DNA of 63,859 nucleotides, the filler included, from Klebsormidium nitens (lineage: Eukaryota; Plantae; Klebsormidiophyceae): assembly GCA_000708835.1 (NCBI GenBank). It is 5 parts of 5 records of this genome, joined end to end, with 100 filler letters (N's around TTAATTAATTAA, not from the genome) between each part and the next. Parts side by side here need not be neighbours in the genome. Positions count along the whole stretch, not along the records: positions 16,883 to 43,296 come from DF237823.1; 4 more parts are not named here. One strand, 5' to 3'. Below, one piece after another: positions 24,801-37,849 of this stretch. Position numbers and translations under genes: made by a program. Under the pieces are notes generated by a model. It was not told where the DNA came from. It made no database searches and saw only the letters and a list, made by a program, of their open reading frames with translations. The first letter of the stretch is position 1; every line of letters starts with the position of its first letter.

Positions 24801-25844
24801 GCATCCCCTACTGTATCTCGCTCAGTAAAAATCATTGATTCTGTACAAAATGTTATTTGATGAAGCTGGCCCTGCACAGGTGTCCAGTGTCGTACTTGAT
24901 ATGTGGGCAGAAGGGGCTCACGTGAAGAAGCGCAGCTCCCAGGGCTTCTCCAGGAAGCGCATGTTGGGGCGGTACTTGTTCAGGTACCCGCACTTCACCA
25001 GGTTGTCAGAAAACTGCACAACCCACATGGGGGAGAGTCAGCAAACGGGCGGCATGCTCCAACACTTACTCCGGCCATAGAATTTTGTTAAAGAAAGTCA
25101 GGGCCAGGTTGCTGGATGTTTCACTGGAGTCAAGCTGACGCTGGCTCTTACCTGCCCAAAAGGTTGTCAACAAAACAGACCAAACATCATGTTTGCAATT
25201 GCTCAGAAAACACGATGCCTCTCCTCTCTTTTCCTCGTGGTCTAGCCCACCTTCCAGTGCTGATGTAGTTACTCAAGAAAACTTCAAAGACAGTGCCGCA
25301 GTTTCTCGCCCCCCAATTGTAAGGGCAGGTTCTTCTTCATGTTTTTTATCGACTTCAACAATAATCATTCAAGCAGAAACTTAGTGATTGGAATACTTGT
25401 CTAAAAGGTCAGCTGCCAATACAGGGGGTTTTTACAAAGCTGATACCATAAGAATACTCATGTACTCCCATTATTCACAATTGCGTTCGCATAACCACTT
25501 TTTCACATCGCCCAGACCCCTCTACATCGTCCACCTATTATCTTTCCAAAGACCCGCTCCTGTCTTTCTCTAGGTTTTTGAAAAGGCACGCATGGAGCAA
25601 GAAAGCCACCAAAATCCCAATTGCTTGTTCAGTCGCCGGCAACACCTTGCTGCTCACAAGAAACAAAAAGGGTGACGACATATGACAGCGACAAAGGGGC
25701 ATCATGATGGTGCACAAATTGGGGCGTGTTCTCGGCCCTCACCCGTCCGACCTGCCTGCTGAGGCGCGCCACTTCCGCCTCCAGCTCCGCGTTGCGCCTC
25801 TGTAACTCATGCAGCTCATTGCTGCTGCTGGCGTCACTCTCCAT
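18880..25844 (-). CDS. DGAT1: Diacylglycerol O-acyltransferase 1 (MBOAT family) with N-terminal PH domain, 12 exons, 668 aa
   Basis: Exons 25844-25752, 25013-24922, 24500-24284, 23566-23386, 22930-22749, 22375-22142, 21737-21647, 21311-21079, 20623-20366, 20102-19941, 19403-19308, 19047-18880. All GT-AG with matching phases (2007 nt). Motifs: HRRNKESPLS, SHAGLFNL..RLIIENLMKYG, APTLCYQ, FGDREFYKDWWN, WNMPVHRW, FFLSAVFHE, GNMIFW, YYHD. PH domain: KCGYLNKY..WELRFFTLHGTTLSYWK..WVSCLE. Confidence 0.95.
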
Positions 25845-26497
25845 GATACAACAAAACCAAGGGCCGCTCAACCGGCAGTGATTAATGCTTGGTTCAGTGC
25901 CCTCTTACAAGAGCCAATTGACCAGTGGCTACTTGCATGTTGCGAGAAACGACCCGCTGAGATATCTTGACAGCTGCGCTCAGCACGCTTTCGTTCACGA
26001 GGAGGGCCTTTCTGCTCTGGAGTTGCTCTCTGCACCCCAACAGCAGCCAGCCTGTTGCAAAAGGTTTTGAGAAACGTCTGAAGCGACCTAGCGACCTAGA
26101 CTTGTTTGAACACCTCCAACATGAGACATTGAGAGCACATGCAATCCACACTCCATGGAGTCTGGCCGGAGAGCACAGTTCTCTGTTGCTTGCACATGAT
26201 GGAGGGTTGGATAGAGGGTTTGGCGGGGCATGTGGTTCACGACCAAACCCGCAGGGGGTTTCTATACCCAGCTGTCCTTAACTAGGTAATATAAACTTTG
26301 TTTAACTTTAGTTGCCACATAACCTTGTTCGAAACCCCGTATAAACCCGCTGCTGTGACTCGACTCCAGCACTTGGCAGCACTGTAAGTCTGACTGAGCA
26401 CAGCACCAGTGGCAGCTGCAGCGGGCGGCGCAGGGGAACAACATTCGTCAAGGTCACCATTGGCATTGCAACTTGAGCGCATTGCCTACGCAACAGC
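25845..26497. promoter_or_regulatory. Putative bidirectional promoter region between DGAT1 and CHLM
   Basis: The start codons are head-to-head and 653 bp apart. TATAAA-like sequences near 26290 and 26340. Function is inferred. Confidence 0.55.
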
Positions 26498-29400
26498 ATG
26501 GCGGCAGCGACCCAGTCTGCTTCCCTTTCCGGCCGGCTCTCCTGCCGGGCCCCTTCTTCCCCCTTCCCCAACAGCAGCACGTCCGCTCTGCTGCCGGCAA
26601 TCCCGCTGCGCTCTCGCCACCTCTCCCTACCTAAAACACAATGCAGCGCCCACAACACCCAGCGGAACACCTCCGCTGGAGAACACTGTAAAGAGCAAGC
26701 ACTGCCCCTTTTGCCCTTTGCTTCCGGTTTGGCGGCCGCTCTAGTTGCTGGCCCCGTGCAGGCGGCGGACCTGGTGGCGCCCATTGCAGAGGGGGGCCCT
26801 TCCATTGGGGTGGCAGTCGCGGGGCTGGCAGCGGCGGCAGCGGCCGTCGTGGGGGCGGTCAAGCTGACGGACCCGGAGGCCAGGTGAGAAACAGGGCCAC
26901 GGAATGTCGTCGAAACGAATAGAGCGCCCCCTTGGAGATACTTTTTCACCCTTCTTAGTTCAAGGTTATGGGCCGCTAGGAGGGATGCCGATATGACATA
27001 TAATCTGCCCCTGGTGGTGAATGCCTTGGCGGCCAGTGTTCGAAGGCATGGAGAAAATGTGGTGTCGTTTTCAGTCGCAGCATTGCTTTTGTATAGACAT
27101 AAGGTTGTGGGCCGCCGCCGGGCTCAACTCAGAATGGTGGCCAGTGATTACGGGCTGCTTAGTAGTCTCATGAAACGGTGCAATGCACCAATGCTGAGGA
27201 ACATAGGGGCGGTAGCAGCAAGTTTGGCAGCAGCACTTGGTTTTCAAGACTTGTGTTCGTTCCTAAGAAAACCCCAGCTTCTAATCCCTGCTGTCCACCC
27301 CAGCATGCCGCCCATTAAAGCATCTCACAAAGGAAGGAGCCATGAGTTAGCGACTGGGAAGTTTCTGGGTGCGGCACCAAAGGTGCTACAGGTCAAATAG
27401 TAGTCCGCAGGAGATACTGGAATTCTTGACATTTTGTCAGGAATCTAGGGTTCTTAGTGAAAGCTGTATTGTGAGCATATTTGGTAATGGTGCTTGATTT
27501 AGGTAGTGCTGTATCAAGGAATCTTGAGACTTTCCCGGTCCCCAACGGTCCGTTCTGACGGCCCACTCTTAAGCCTGGTTCACATCGGCAAACTCATAAA
27601 GTAGGGTCATGCACTGGATGCTTGATAAAAAAATCCCCCTCTCGCCCAATTGTGGTGAACTTAGGGACATTCGGAGGTTCTTTGCATTTATGCCCTTACG
27701 CAGATTACAACGAAAGTTCCAGGACATTGAATGCGCTGACAGCACAGATATACAGCTCGCCTCCACCTCTTGCTGAGACAGCATCAGCCTAACATCGATG
27801 ATCCTCCGTGCACCGAAAGTTTCGGAATTTGGATGTGTTTAAAAGGGAGTTCCTTTGCGGTTCAGCTCTTTGTTGTCTACTTGGTCAAGTGCTAGCCCTC
27901 TGCCGGCCAGGGGCTATGGTAGCCACAACAGCTGTGTCGCAAATGAGACAGGATCAATTGGGCGACCTTCTCGCAACACGTTTCGTTTTTCTGCCCTGCA
28001 GGAGACAGAAGCAAGCTGCACGGACTGGAGGGGACGAGAAGACTGCAGTAAGTTGGTTCAGTTTTGGGGGCAGTACCGACATAGTGAGATCTTCGAAAAT
28101 GCTCAGGAGTAAGAGTCACATGGCATCAAGACACGAGGAAGAAAGTAGTCAGTACCTGGGACACGGCAAGAAAGCTATTTGGCTTGCAATGGAAACTTTC
28201 CCTCATTTGAGTACGGGACAGGACAAGCGACTGTCTGACATCCAATGGGAGTACGTCAATAGACTTGGGGAGGAACCTTGCTACTTCCCTTGACGTGAGA
28301 CTGCACCTTTAGCCCGCAGTTTCCTGAATTCTTCTCACAAGGCAGCCCAATGTTAGGGTGGCGACACAGGTTAACAAATAGTTTTGTGGGTCGTTCAGGT
28401 GAAGAACTATTTCAACAGCACTGGGTTTGACCGGTGGAAGCGCATCTACGGCGAGACGGACGACGTGAACAAGGTGCAGCTCGACATCCGGACGGGGCAC
28501 GCGCAGACGGTCGACAAGGTGACTGCAACTGATCTACCGCTTGCGCGAATTGGCGCACCCATGATTAGTGACCACGACTGGAAAAGTGTAGGAGAAGCGC
28601 ACGTACATCATATACCATAACAGCGCATCCACTTCCGATTCCTCTTCCCTTAAAACCTTGATAAAACACCTGTTCATGAGAGCCGTTGGCCCGCGTTGTG
28701 AAGCGGGCAGCCAGTGGACTTTCGGCGGTGTAGAGATGACTCTCATAGGGCGGTCCCAAACGAACATCATCGGTGCACCATCCCCTGGGGAACGAATTCT
28801 GTCCCTTAGGGACCAGTAACCTGTGATTCGTCGACTCTATCGTCTGGGGGTCGGTGCGCCAGGACGCCGGTAAAAGTACTAAGGGACTGTCGTGGCTCAC
28901 TGGTTGGATAGTTTGCCTTGCGAAAATATCGGGAAGGCTTTCACCACGCAGCGCGTCCGTGAGATCACTCCAGTTTCTCGGGCAGCATACGCGAACTTAC
29001 AGTAACACTCGCCAGTTCCCAGAGACCTCATATGTGTGACCGCCCTCTCAGAGGATCACTGGAAGTTACGGCTGTGATGCAGGTGTTGAACTGGTTGAAG
29101 TCGGAAGGCAGCCTCGAGGGGATCACCGTTGCTGACGCCGGTTGCGGAACAGGCAGGTGAGCGCACCGCCCGGGCGGGCAGCCTATCGGAGGGCGCCGTC
29201 TGGGGCCGCAGACGCCAAGGCGTGCCTCAAGCGTCTCCGAACTTCGTCAGCAAAATCAATCTCGTTTGCGAAGTCGAGATCTTCTTGAGCTAGACTCTGC
29301 AAGACGCCCCAACGGTACGCTTTGACCCGAATCAAAATGTGTTGGATCCGAAGCAAACGACTGTACTTCGAGATACTCGGAGGAGGTTCGAGTTTGAGTC

Positions 29401-32020
29401 TCATGCTGAACGCTTCCGGTGCAGCTTGGCGATCCCCCTGGCTATGGAGGGCGCCAAGGTCAGCGCGAGCGACATCTCGGAGGCCATGGTGAGGCGCGCG
29501 CGCAAATGCGATCCCTCCGCTTTTCGCCGCTGTTCGGAAGGCTTTGATTGGGATAAAGCTTTGAACTGAATGAGTGTCAACAGCAGAAACGGTGTGGGCC
29601 GGGGAGGAAAGCACGGGCCGCGCTTCTTGTGCTGTTTTTCGGGGCTCTGTTTGGTTATGAAGACAAATGCTTCTTCATTGCGTCACAGTCGCGTTTTTGT
29701 GTAAGCATGTCAGGTGTGTGTTCGAAAGTGCTGACTACTTTGCTTCCCTCCCGTAGACGAGTCCTGCCTGTCGAACAAGCTCCTTGGCAGAACGACGTAG
29801 AGTCTTGTGGCGGTCATCATAATTGCTTGGGTCTCATTGCGTCTTCCCCCAAAGCCAAATGTCGCGAACACCTCGTACGTCCCGTCTTTTGATTTCCTAC
29901 ACACTTGCCGTCGTTCGTTCTTGGTGCCAGGTGTCAGAAGCGGAGGCGCGGTGGGCAGAACAGAGCGGGGGCCGCGGCACGAAGCCGGTTTTCGAGGCGT
30001 CCGACCTGGAGTCGCTCACTGGCAAATACCACACGGTTGCCTGCCTCGACGTCTTCATCCACTACCCCGACGTAAGTCAAAGCGCTCTTGGATAGTATAG
30101 CTTCTCCCCATTGTGCAGACTTTAGTCGGTGATGTACGGGGGTGATTGCACATGTGCAGGATGCCGTCAGTCGAGATTCGAGTCTCGTCCTTTAAACGGC
30201 CCTTCCTTTGCTTGCCAAAGAAGGTCGACAGTATGTGGGTCGAAGGTTTGGGTCGAGAGTCACTCAGCTCAGATCAGCCTATGCTTCCTTGTTGCTGTTA
30301 GAAATCGCGAAGATTCTAAGGACAGGACTATGATCTCCAGTTCGTAGGCACGCTTCTGCGTCCGGCAGGAAAACTTCGGAACGGTCGATCGATGACAGCA
30401 AGACCCCAACTTCAACATTCCCGATTGTATGATGACTTTGCATCTATTGCCCTCTGCCAACCTCATATGTGGACCCAGAATGTTGCCGGCGACGTCTCTG
30501 GGTATTCAAAGCGAGGAAGTCGCCGCCCTTCCGAACGTTTGCTCCGACACAATTGCCCAAATTGGCGGACAGAAGGGACATTGTCTCAGAACGCCTGAAA
30601 CGTGCTTCCTGACTGTCTCTGCTTGTTTTTGCAGGGCAAGGCTCAGGAGATGGTGAAGCACCTGGCGTCGCTGGCGGAGCAGCGGCTCATCATCAGCTTC
30701 GCGCCCAAAACGCTCGCGTACCTCGTCCTCAAGGTAACAAATTGCTTCCAAACGTTGCCAACTGCCTAAAGCGCGCCAAAAAGGCGCCGATTCGCCATAG
30801 GCATGGTTTTGTTTCACTTCGGCGCTTTGAAGGTGTCCTTTCGATACCATGCAGATTGCCCCTGGAGCACGAGCAAAGCCTCAGAGGGAATGTTTGTCGA
30901 AGCGGCATCTTTGATGTGTTCAAACTTCTCACTAAAACTTCATCAAATCGGTGCCAGATCGATGTAAGGTTGGGCGATATCCGGGTGCAAAGTTCTGGCA
31001 CCTGTTTGTCTGGGGAGCCGACTTTCTGTTCAAGAGCTCTCAATTTGGAAATGTGCTCCCACCTGCCGTTCTCCAACGGTCGGGCCGAGTTAAGGTCGCC
31101 ACGTCGAACTGGTCCTTGACTATGCTACAAGGTCACCGGCACTCCGCGGGCTTTGCGTCGCCGTCAATTGGCATGACACAACCATCATTCTACAGCGTCC
31201 TTGCCGACGGCCGCGCAAGGCACAGCGGCTTGCGACGAGGCCAACACACGCTTTCGAATCCAACGGACACAGCCGTCTAACGTCTGCTGCGGTTAGAAGC
31301 GCTTCTTCGTTATCTGATGAAATCTACTGAAAAACATTTCTCCGTGCACGAGCCGCCTCTGAAGGTGACCCCGTCTGTGCGTGCAGCGGATAGGCGAGCT
31401 GTTCCCCGGGCCCTCGAAGGCGACCCGGGCGTACCTGCACGCGGAAGACGACATCGAAGCCGCTCTCAGGGTGCGTAATCCCGAAACTTCTCTTTCCAGA
31501 CTCTGCACCAGAAGCCGTTTTCAGTCCGCTTTGTAGCTTGACGACCTCGGAGGTTCTTATAATGATCAGTCGACATCGAGTGGTTGCTTTGCATGTATCC
31601 TGAAGGCTCATGACCCTTGCCTCACGCTTTCCTATGCTCCGAGCTTGCTGGGAGATCATGCAGGAGATACTCATCTCTTGGGGGATCCTTTCAAGCGCAC
31701 TTGCTTAGCTACAGAGACTCTTCTAATTGTGAAAAAGCAACACGATTTCAAAACCTGGCTTTGGAGACTTTCAGCTGGTAGCATAGGGTGCGATCAAAAA
31801 GGTTCGTTCCTTTTCCTAGCTCAGCAGATTCTAGCGTTCAAGGTAGTCCCCCCGCGGTCCCCCCGCGAGTTGAGCAACGTTGGGATCTTGCCATCGCTAG
31901 AGCAGCGTCATCACGTCTGCATCGTTTGTGCAGGAGGCTGGCTGGAAGGTGACCAAGAAAGAGATGACGGCAACCAGCTTCTACTTCTCGAGATTGTTTG
32001 AAGCAGTGCCCATATCTTGA
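26498..32020 (+). CDS. CHLM: Magnesium-protoporphyrin IX O-methyltransferase, plastid-targeted, 9 exons, 366 aa
   Basis: Exons 26498-26883, 28002-28047, 28399-28518, 29083-29156, 29425-29488, 29931-30071, 30635-30733, 31387-31470, 31934-32020 (1101 nt, phases consistent). Motifs: YFNSTGFDRWKRIYG, VQLDIRTGH, DAGCGTGSLAIPLA, CLDVFIHYP, GELFPGPSKATRAYLH, FYFSRLFEA. Ser/Ala-rich transit-peptide-like N-terminus. Confidence 0.96.
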
Positions 32021-33959
32021 GTGAGCTGGACCTTTACGGGCCGTCAATAATCATCCGGGCTGGCTACGTGCCGCCATTGAGACAATTTTGTGGTGCTCTT
32101 GCGGCTCTCTGAGGCATTTGCTTTTGTGGTGAAACCGTTTTTTCTCCCAATCCGGAACTGATTGAAAACGAAGAGGATCTAAGGATCTCCGAATGTGGGT
32201 TGTCCGCGTACGCCGTTGCCTCCTGATCTCAGCAAATGGTAATTTGTGCCGGCCAGTTACAGCTGTGCACGGCCGCCACACTTCAATTGAACTTGCGGGA
32301 TGATTTCTCAGGAGTCTTGCAAGTGATATCGAATGATCGCTGGTCAATATGAGAATTACGCAATAAGACATATGTCGGAAATCATCCTTAGAGCCAGCAT
32401 GAGTCCGATCATAACCGTGGCATGTATCGTTGACAATCAATTAAGCCATCCGAGCACACAACAATTTCTCATTGTGCATCGCATGGCCATGCCGCACGCG
32501 CTGATCGCCGGCCTAATCACACAGTATATATGCGTGGGGCCAGCTATAGCCGGGCCGGCCTTGCCGGCGCCGCCGCCCGCGCAATATATACCATAATTTA
32601 ATAAGCTTCCAAGTAAAATAAGTGTATACGCGCGTACGTAAAAATCATATAGTCGGGGTGCGGGCCAGCTGCGCGGCGCTGGCAATGATGGAGCAGATCA
32701 TGAACCGTTGCAAAGCCATGTGGCACTGCAGTGGCGGCACATGACCCAGTGAGCCGTATCATGTGACGCGGTGGCTGCACACCATGCCCTGGCAGCCCAC
32801 CTGCTAGCCTCGATCTAGCTCTATTTAACGTAAAGATTATTGCATTGAGACGCGCGCGTGAATCTTGCAGGCCGCTACGTTATGTATTCGAGGAGATCAT
32901 CTAAACTTGGTAACGATAGCCTGCATATGTGTGCCGGTTGGACATGACGGTACGCATACGAATGTATGCACATGCGCAGATAGCGCAGCACATCATGCAT
33001 GATCATTAATTTGCAGCCTGTCCCGGGACGCGCAGTAAAGGCAACGCGACTGCATTCATCCATGATAGCCTGCAAGCATGAATGAATGTTGCGCGTATTG
33101 AATCTGCTTACGATCGGATGCATGCCCTAAACTATTGGACTGGCTGGACGCCCTGTCGTTGCAAGATCGAGCCCTATAGGTATACAGCTTGGCACCGTTG
33201 AATATGCGACTTGCTTGATAGTCGGCGCCAACTGATTCTTGTATGTCAAGACATTAGATATCGATGCAACGGACTGCAATTACAGCTCGAAGAGTGTGAC
33301 ACTGGTTTTGTTGGCTTGCTTCAGCAAATCAATTCGATGATCGTTCTTGCGTGCGGTGATGATACTCTGTTTCTCTCTCAGGTTAGCTTCCTAGGATACT
33401 GCGATGCGACTTAATGTTGCGTACAAATGAGACGGTCTTGACGCGAAACAGCTCTGCTGTTATCCTTGCAACACGACGGCATCAGGGAATACTTCCTAAC
33501 TGGCGGGGACTGGTCGACGGCTCCTCTATCTGAATAGGTCGGCTGTCTGAAACGTTGAAATGTGACGCATTGCCGCGGATGAGGTCGAAGACTTGTTTAA
33601 AGCGAGCAGGGTCGTCAAAGGTTGAGCGTGGTTTTCACCTGCAACCACCTGCCGAATCAACATATACCTTCCGGCGTGGACAACCACAAACCTATGCTCT
33701 CAGGTTTGTTCAAAAAATAGTCGACATCGTTTTAGCTGCGCTCAACCGGCTGAAGCTTCGGTGCCAAGTTATCCCCAAACACTATAACTTTAGAAATAAT
33801 GCGTTTCTGAGGGTCTGCCAGTCTAAATGTCTGCAGCAGACTCCACCGATTCGAAGGCTCCCTCGGGAACGGATATTCATCCAGGGCTGTACAAAGAGAT
33901 TGCCTAGCAGCAGAAGAAAGGAGAGAACGTGTAGACGCAAGGTTCAGAGGAAAGAGGTG

Positions 33960-36900
33960 TTTACCAAGATGGTCGCTCTTCGCTTACCGGGCTCGTTCTC
34001 GAGATCGCGTCCAAGCTGCGTCTTAGAACCTTCTCCTGGCTGCGTCGCAAGTAGTCCTGCCGGTTGGCGTGGCCCGCCCTGCATCCACGAGCAGGACCCA
34101 AACGTCAAAAGCGTGCAACTCGACAAGGACTTCTTTCGCAAACGAGGGGTCGCGCACTCCGTATACCCAAACATCCGCAGCTCTACGTTGATTCTGCGCC
34201 TCAGCGTTCCTGTGAATCTACTTCCTTTTGGAGCGCAGAAGCATCTAAGGAAATGCAAGAGCGAATCCAATGCGTACGATTGCTAACGACAATGAAGCAG
34301 GCAGATCCTAAGTCCGGAAATGTCTTCCAGATCACCAACTTTTTGCGAACATACGCAATCCATGGAATCACCCAGATCGAAGCCCCAAACTGACCTGGGG
34401 TTGCCGACTCTTTCAGGAGGAAGAGACCCGACTCCGGGAGAAAACACGTCCAGGTCCTCGTCGCTCTCCGCGGTAACTCTTGGCGGGCACGCCTTCTCGG
34501 CGTCACACGGCGGGTGCTTGCTCCGCCTGCCTTTGCGAGCCCACGTGCCATACGACCGGGCGCTTTGCTCACTGACGCTCGGGACTGCTTCTGGGGGGTT
34601 GATGGAAGCGCTGGGCAGAGGGGGGGCCGGCCTCCGGGGGGGTGCCGAGGCTGACGTCACGACGGGGGGCTGACGTGTGGGGACTTGGCCGGCGGTCAGA
34701 GCGTCGCGAACTATGGTAAGGACGTACGGGCCGTGCCGGTGGGTCCACGAGCTGGGGGTAAAGACGATAAAGCGAGGGTGAGAGGGAAGCAGAAGGGTGA
34801 CCCCGAACTTTCTGTGCACCGTCACATGTTCGCGCTTGCGGACCATGAAACAATACGGAGTGCTCCCTGAGGATGTCTGAAGGGGTAAAGCTTTGCTCAC
34901 TTCCGAGGAGACTGTTGGCACATGATTGAGAAAACACTGTCCTTGATGTAGAAAGTAATTGGCAAGACAACCGAAGACAAATGCCCATTTTCGTGCTATG
35001 GGCCAGTAGCAGAAGCTTTGACCCGCCCATTTGGCCTCAATCACCAAGGAAGAGAGGGAGACCAATGGAGACAGGTTAAGAAGTATGTATATCTTGTAAC
35101 GTACCTCGAGAGCACGGGGGTGAGATCGTCCGCAGTCTGCGGCAGCAGCTCCGCGAGCAACTCAATCTGACCGTTCGTGAGAAAGTGCTCTGGGGGCTGG
35201 GGACCACACGCTTCGCGCCGCCACGTGTCCAGCGTCGATTGGACCCTCCGCTTCGCTGTCTGCAGTACACCGAGCCTTATAGCTTCTGCTCATCGAAAGC
35301 AGGGACACCACGCCCAGATTGGATATTCTGGTCGTAACCTTTTACTGTGACGTGGTTTGTGCTAATCACCTTGCAGATGACGTGGTACTGCTGAGCTGCT
35401 GATCAATTGCCTCAAAGATCGGACAAGGGTGGGACTGAATCTCAGAAATTGGGTCCGAAATCCGAAGGACATCGTTGTCTCGCAGAAAACCAACTCCTCG
35501 ATCCTTCCGTCTAGCTGTACACTAACTCTCAGAGAAATGGCAAACCGGCCCCTTGGACTCTGATGAAGCACCACATGGCCCACAGTCAGCAATGCAACAT
35601 TGCGCAAGGCAGTTGAGGCTTGCCTGTAGCTTGGAGCCAGAGAGAAACGTGTTTCGGCTGGGGGCGTCCTTTAGGTCGCAGGCGCCAAACCTGCAGCACC
35701 AACCACGAAGTCAGCGAACGGGGAAAGCTCCACCTCGGTTAGGTATACAGACACGTGGCTTCACGCCAAGCGAGCCCAGAACTAGGGGGCTCTTTTAGAA
35801 CGTGCTAGCACTTTCGTGTTGGCACTTTCACCCCCTATAGGGGTAAAAGAAGATGTTTCAGCGACGTAACAAAAACAAACAGCACACCTTCAGAAGCACA
35901 CAGGCCATGGTCGAGCGGCTTCCGAAACAATCTTTGATCAAATGCGCATGCGTGCGGAAAGAAAGATTCTCCAGGCCTACCCTTGCTTGACGTCATTGAG
36001 ATCGCCGTCGTCGTCCGTTGTCGCGCAGCTCCCCCCCCGGCTCCTCGCACCCTTGTCAACTTTGACTAGCCCCACCAGTTTCATCCCCTTCTTGTTCCAG
36101 TCCTTGAGCAACACGTGCCCATTCTCCAACAGCTGCCGGGCAACCTTTTCGACCGTCCCCTTGCGCCGTGCCGCTCGGCTGCCACGTGGCAGCCCGTCTT
36201 CGCTCTCTAGCCCACTCTCCGTACTGTAACCTCTTGCCGTGCGTCCCGACAGCGACTGAGCCGACGCTCCATGCTCCTTCCTTCTCGTTTCCGCCCCACT
36301 CTCCCATTCCGTGGCAGAACTCCCCGTGCCTCTACGCCAGAACCCCTCTTCACCGCTGCTGTAAGCAGACCGCCGCCTGTCATTGACACGTGGCACCCCC
36401 TCACTGGTCTCCAAGCGCCCCGATTCAAACCCGGAGCCAGACGTTCCGCTGCCGGCCCCCTCGCCTCTCCAACCGCCTCTCTGCAAAAGGTTCCGTCTCT
36501 GCTCCCCGGACCTGAAGTCTTCCGCACTGCCGAAACTTCCTGACTTCTGCGCAGATTGTTTGTTTTTCGAAGCCCAGCTTCTCGGCTTCGACGTAGACGG
36601 TTCCGGCTCTGACTCAACTACTTGCAGCGTTTTCAGTTGGGAAGTTTCCTTTCGGTGCCTCCGTGCGGTTCTCGTTTGCTCGCTGTCTGTCGCCCCCTGC
36701 TCGGGCGTTGCAAACTCCTTGGGGTTTCGCACAAGCCCGGTCGCAGCTTCGAGGAGGGACAGTCGACGGGCATGGGGGGCTCTCTGCGCCAAAGGGGGCA
36801 ATCTGAGACTGACGGGGGGATCTGTGGGTCTGGAGGGTGGGCCGTATTCGCGCGGAGAGGGGTCTGGGGTTGGGGTGGTCCTTCCGCCAAAGCTGAGAGA

Positions 36901-37730
36901 GCGTCTGAACGTCTTCCGTTGGCCGTCCGGGGTCGGGGCTGACCCGAAGCTGAGGGAAGACCGGAGGTCCTTCTTCGCAGATGTGCAGGCCTCCGAAGCT
37001 GCAGAGGCAACGCAGCTCGGGAGTTATCATGTATGATCATACGCAAAATCTAGCCTCCTTTTGTGTGATGTCAGGTATACGATAGCTGGCTCGCTTTTTG
37101 GCTGCTCCTCAAGACGCTTCGCAAATGATTCCTGACAGGGCGTTTCTCGTAAAAGGGCACTCGAACGAACAGCACACAAAAGCCGCGATTCTTCCTAAGT
37201 CTGCTGGAATGCACTCGTTGAGCGACCAACAGAACCAAAATGTACTTCTTTTGACGCAATCCAGAACGTCGTATTGGTAGAAAGAACATCAGAATCCCCT
37301 CTCCAGCGCACATGCTGCGATACATACCGCTCGACTCCCCAGCGCTGAAGGATGCGGACCGCCGTGCATGCCCCAGCCCCGCAAATGACGGCTGGCGCTT
37401 GATCCGCCTGCCTTTGACGAACTCAGATCCTTCTCCGCTGAGCGACGCTCGGTGCAGGAGAAAGGCTTCCTTGGTGCCCGGGGCCAATGGGTGCTCCGCT
37501 GCGTGCTCGATGTTGGGACCGTACTTGGAGGGCTGTAGAGGGGGCGCGGAGGAACCGCTGCAAATGACCGGGGAAGAGTTGGTGGAAGGATGGTGGAAAC
37601 CAGATGAAGAGGTAATTGAAGGGGTTCAGCGAAGAACTGTTTTTTCGCCTCCCACAAGACTGTAGCCAGAAAAATGACACCGAAGTGCACAGTAAAAGCG
37701 GACCTCCAAACGCAAGAAGGTTGGCCATTT
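33960..37730 (-). CDS. Multi-exon protein with a long low-complexity N-terminus, an RQC/winged-helix-like segment and an HRDC-like domain; boundaries uncertain
   Basis: Large exon of about 36990-35980 ends with VEKVARQLLENGHVLLKDWNKKGMKLVGLVKV. Exons 35259-35105 and 34751-34395 splice in phase 2 to VQSTLDTWRREACGPQPPEHFLTNGQIELLAELLPQTADDLTPVLSSSWTHRHGPYVLTIVRDAL, an HRDC-like pattern. The 5' and 3' exons are not resolved. Confidence 0.55.
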
Positions 37731-37849
37731 TACTGATTGGAGGCGGCAATGAAACAAAACCGGTTCTCACTTGCTCCCCCTGTTTTGCAGCGGTCCTCCG
37801 TAAGGGTGGTGGCCAGTCCTGTCTCCTCGGCTCTGCTTGGCACCCCCCT

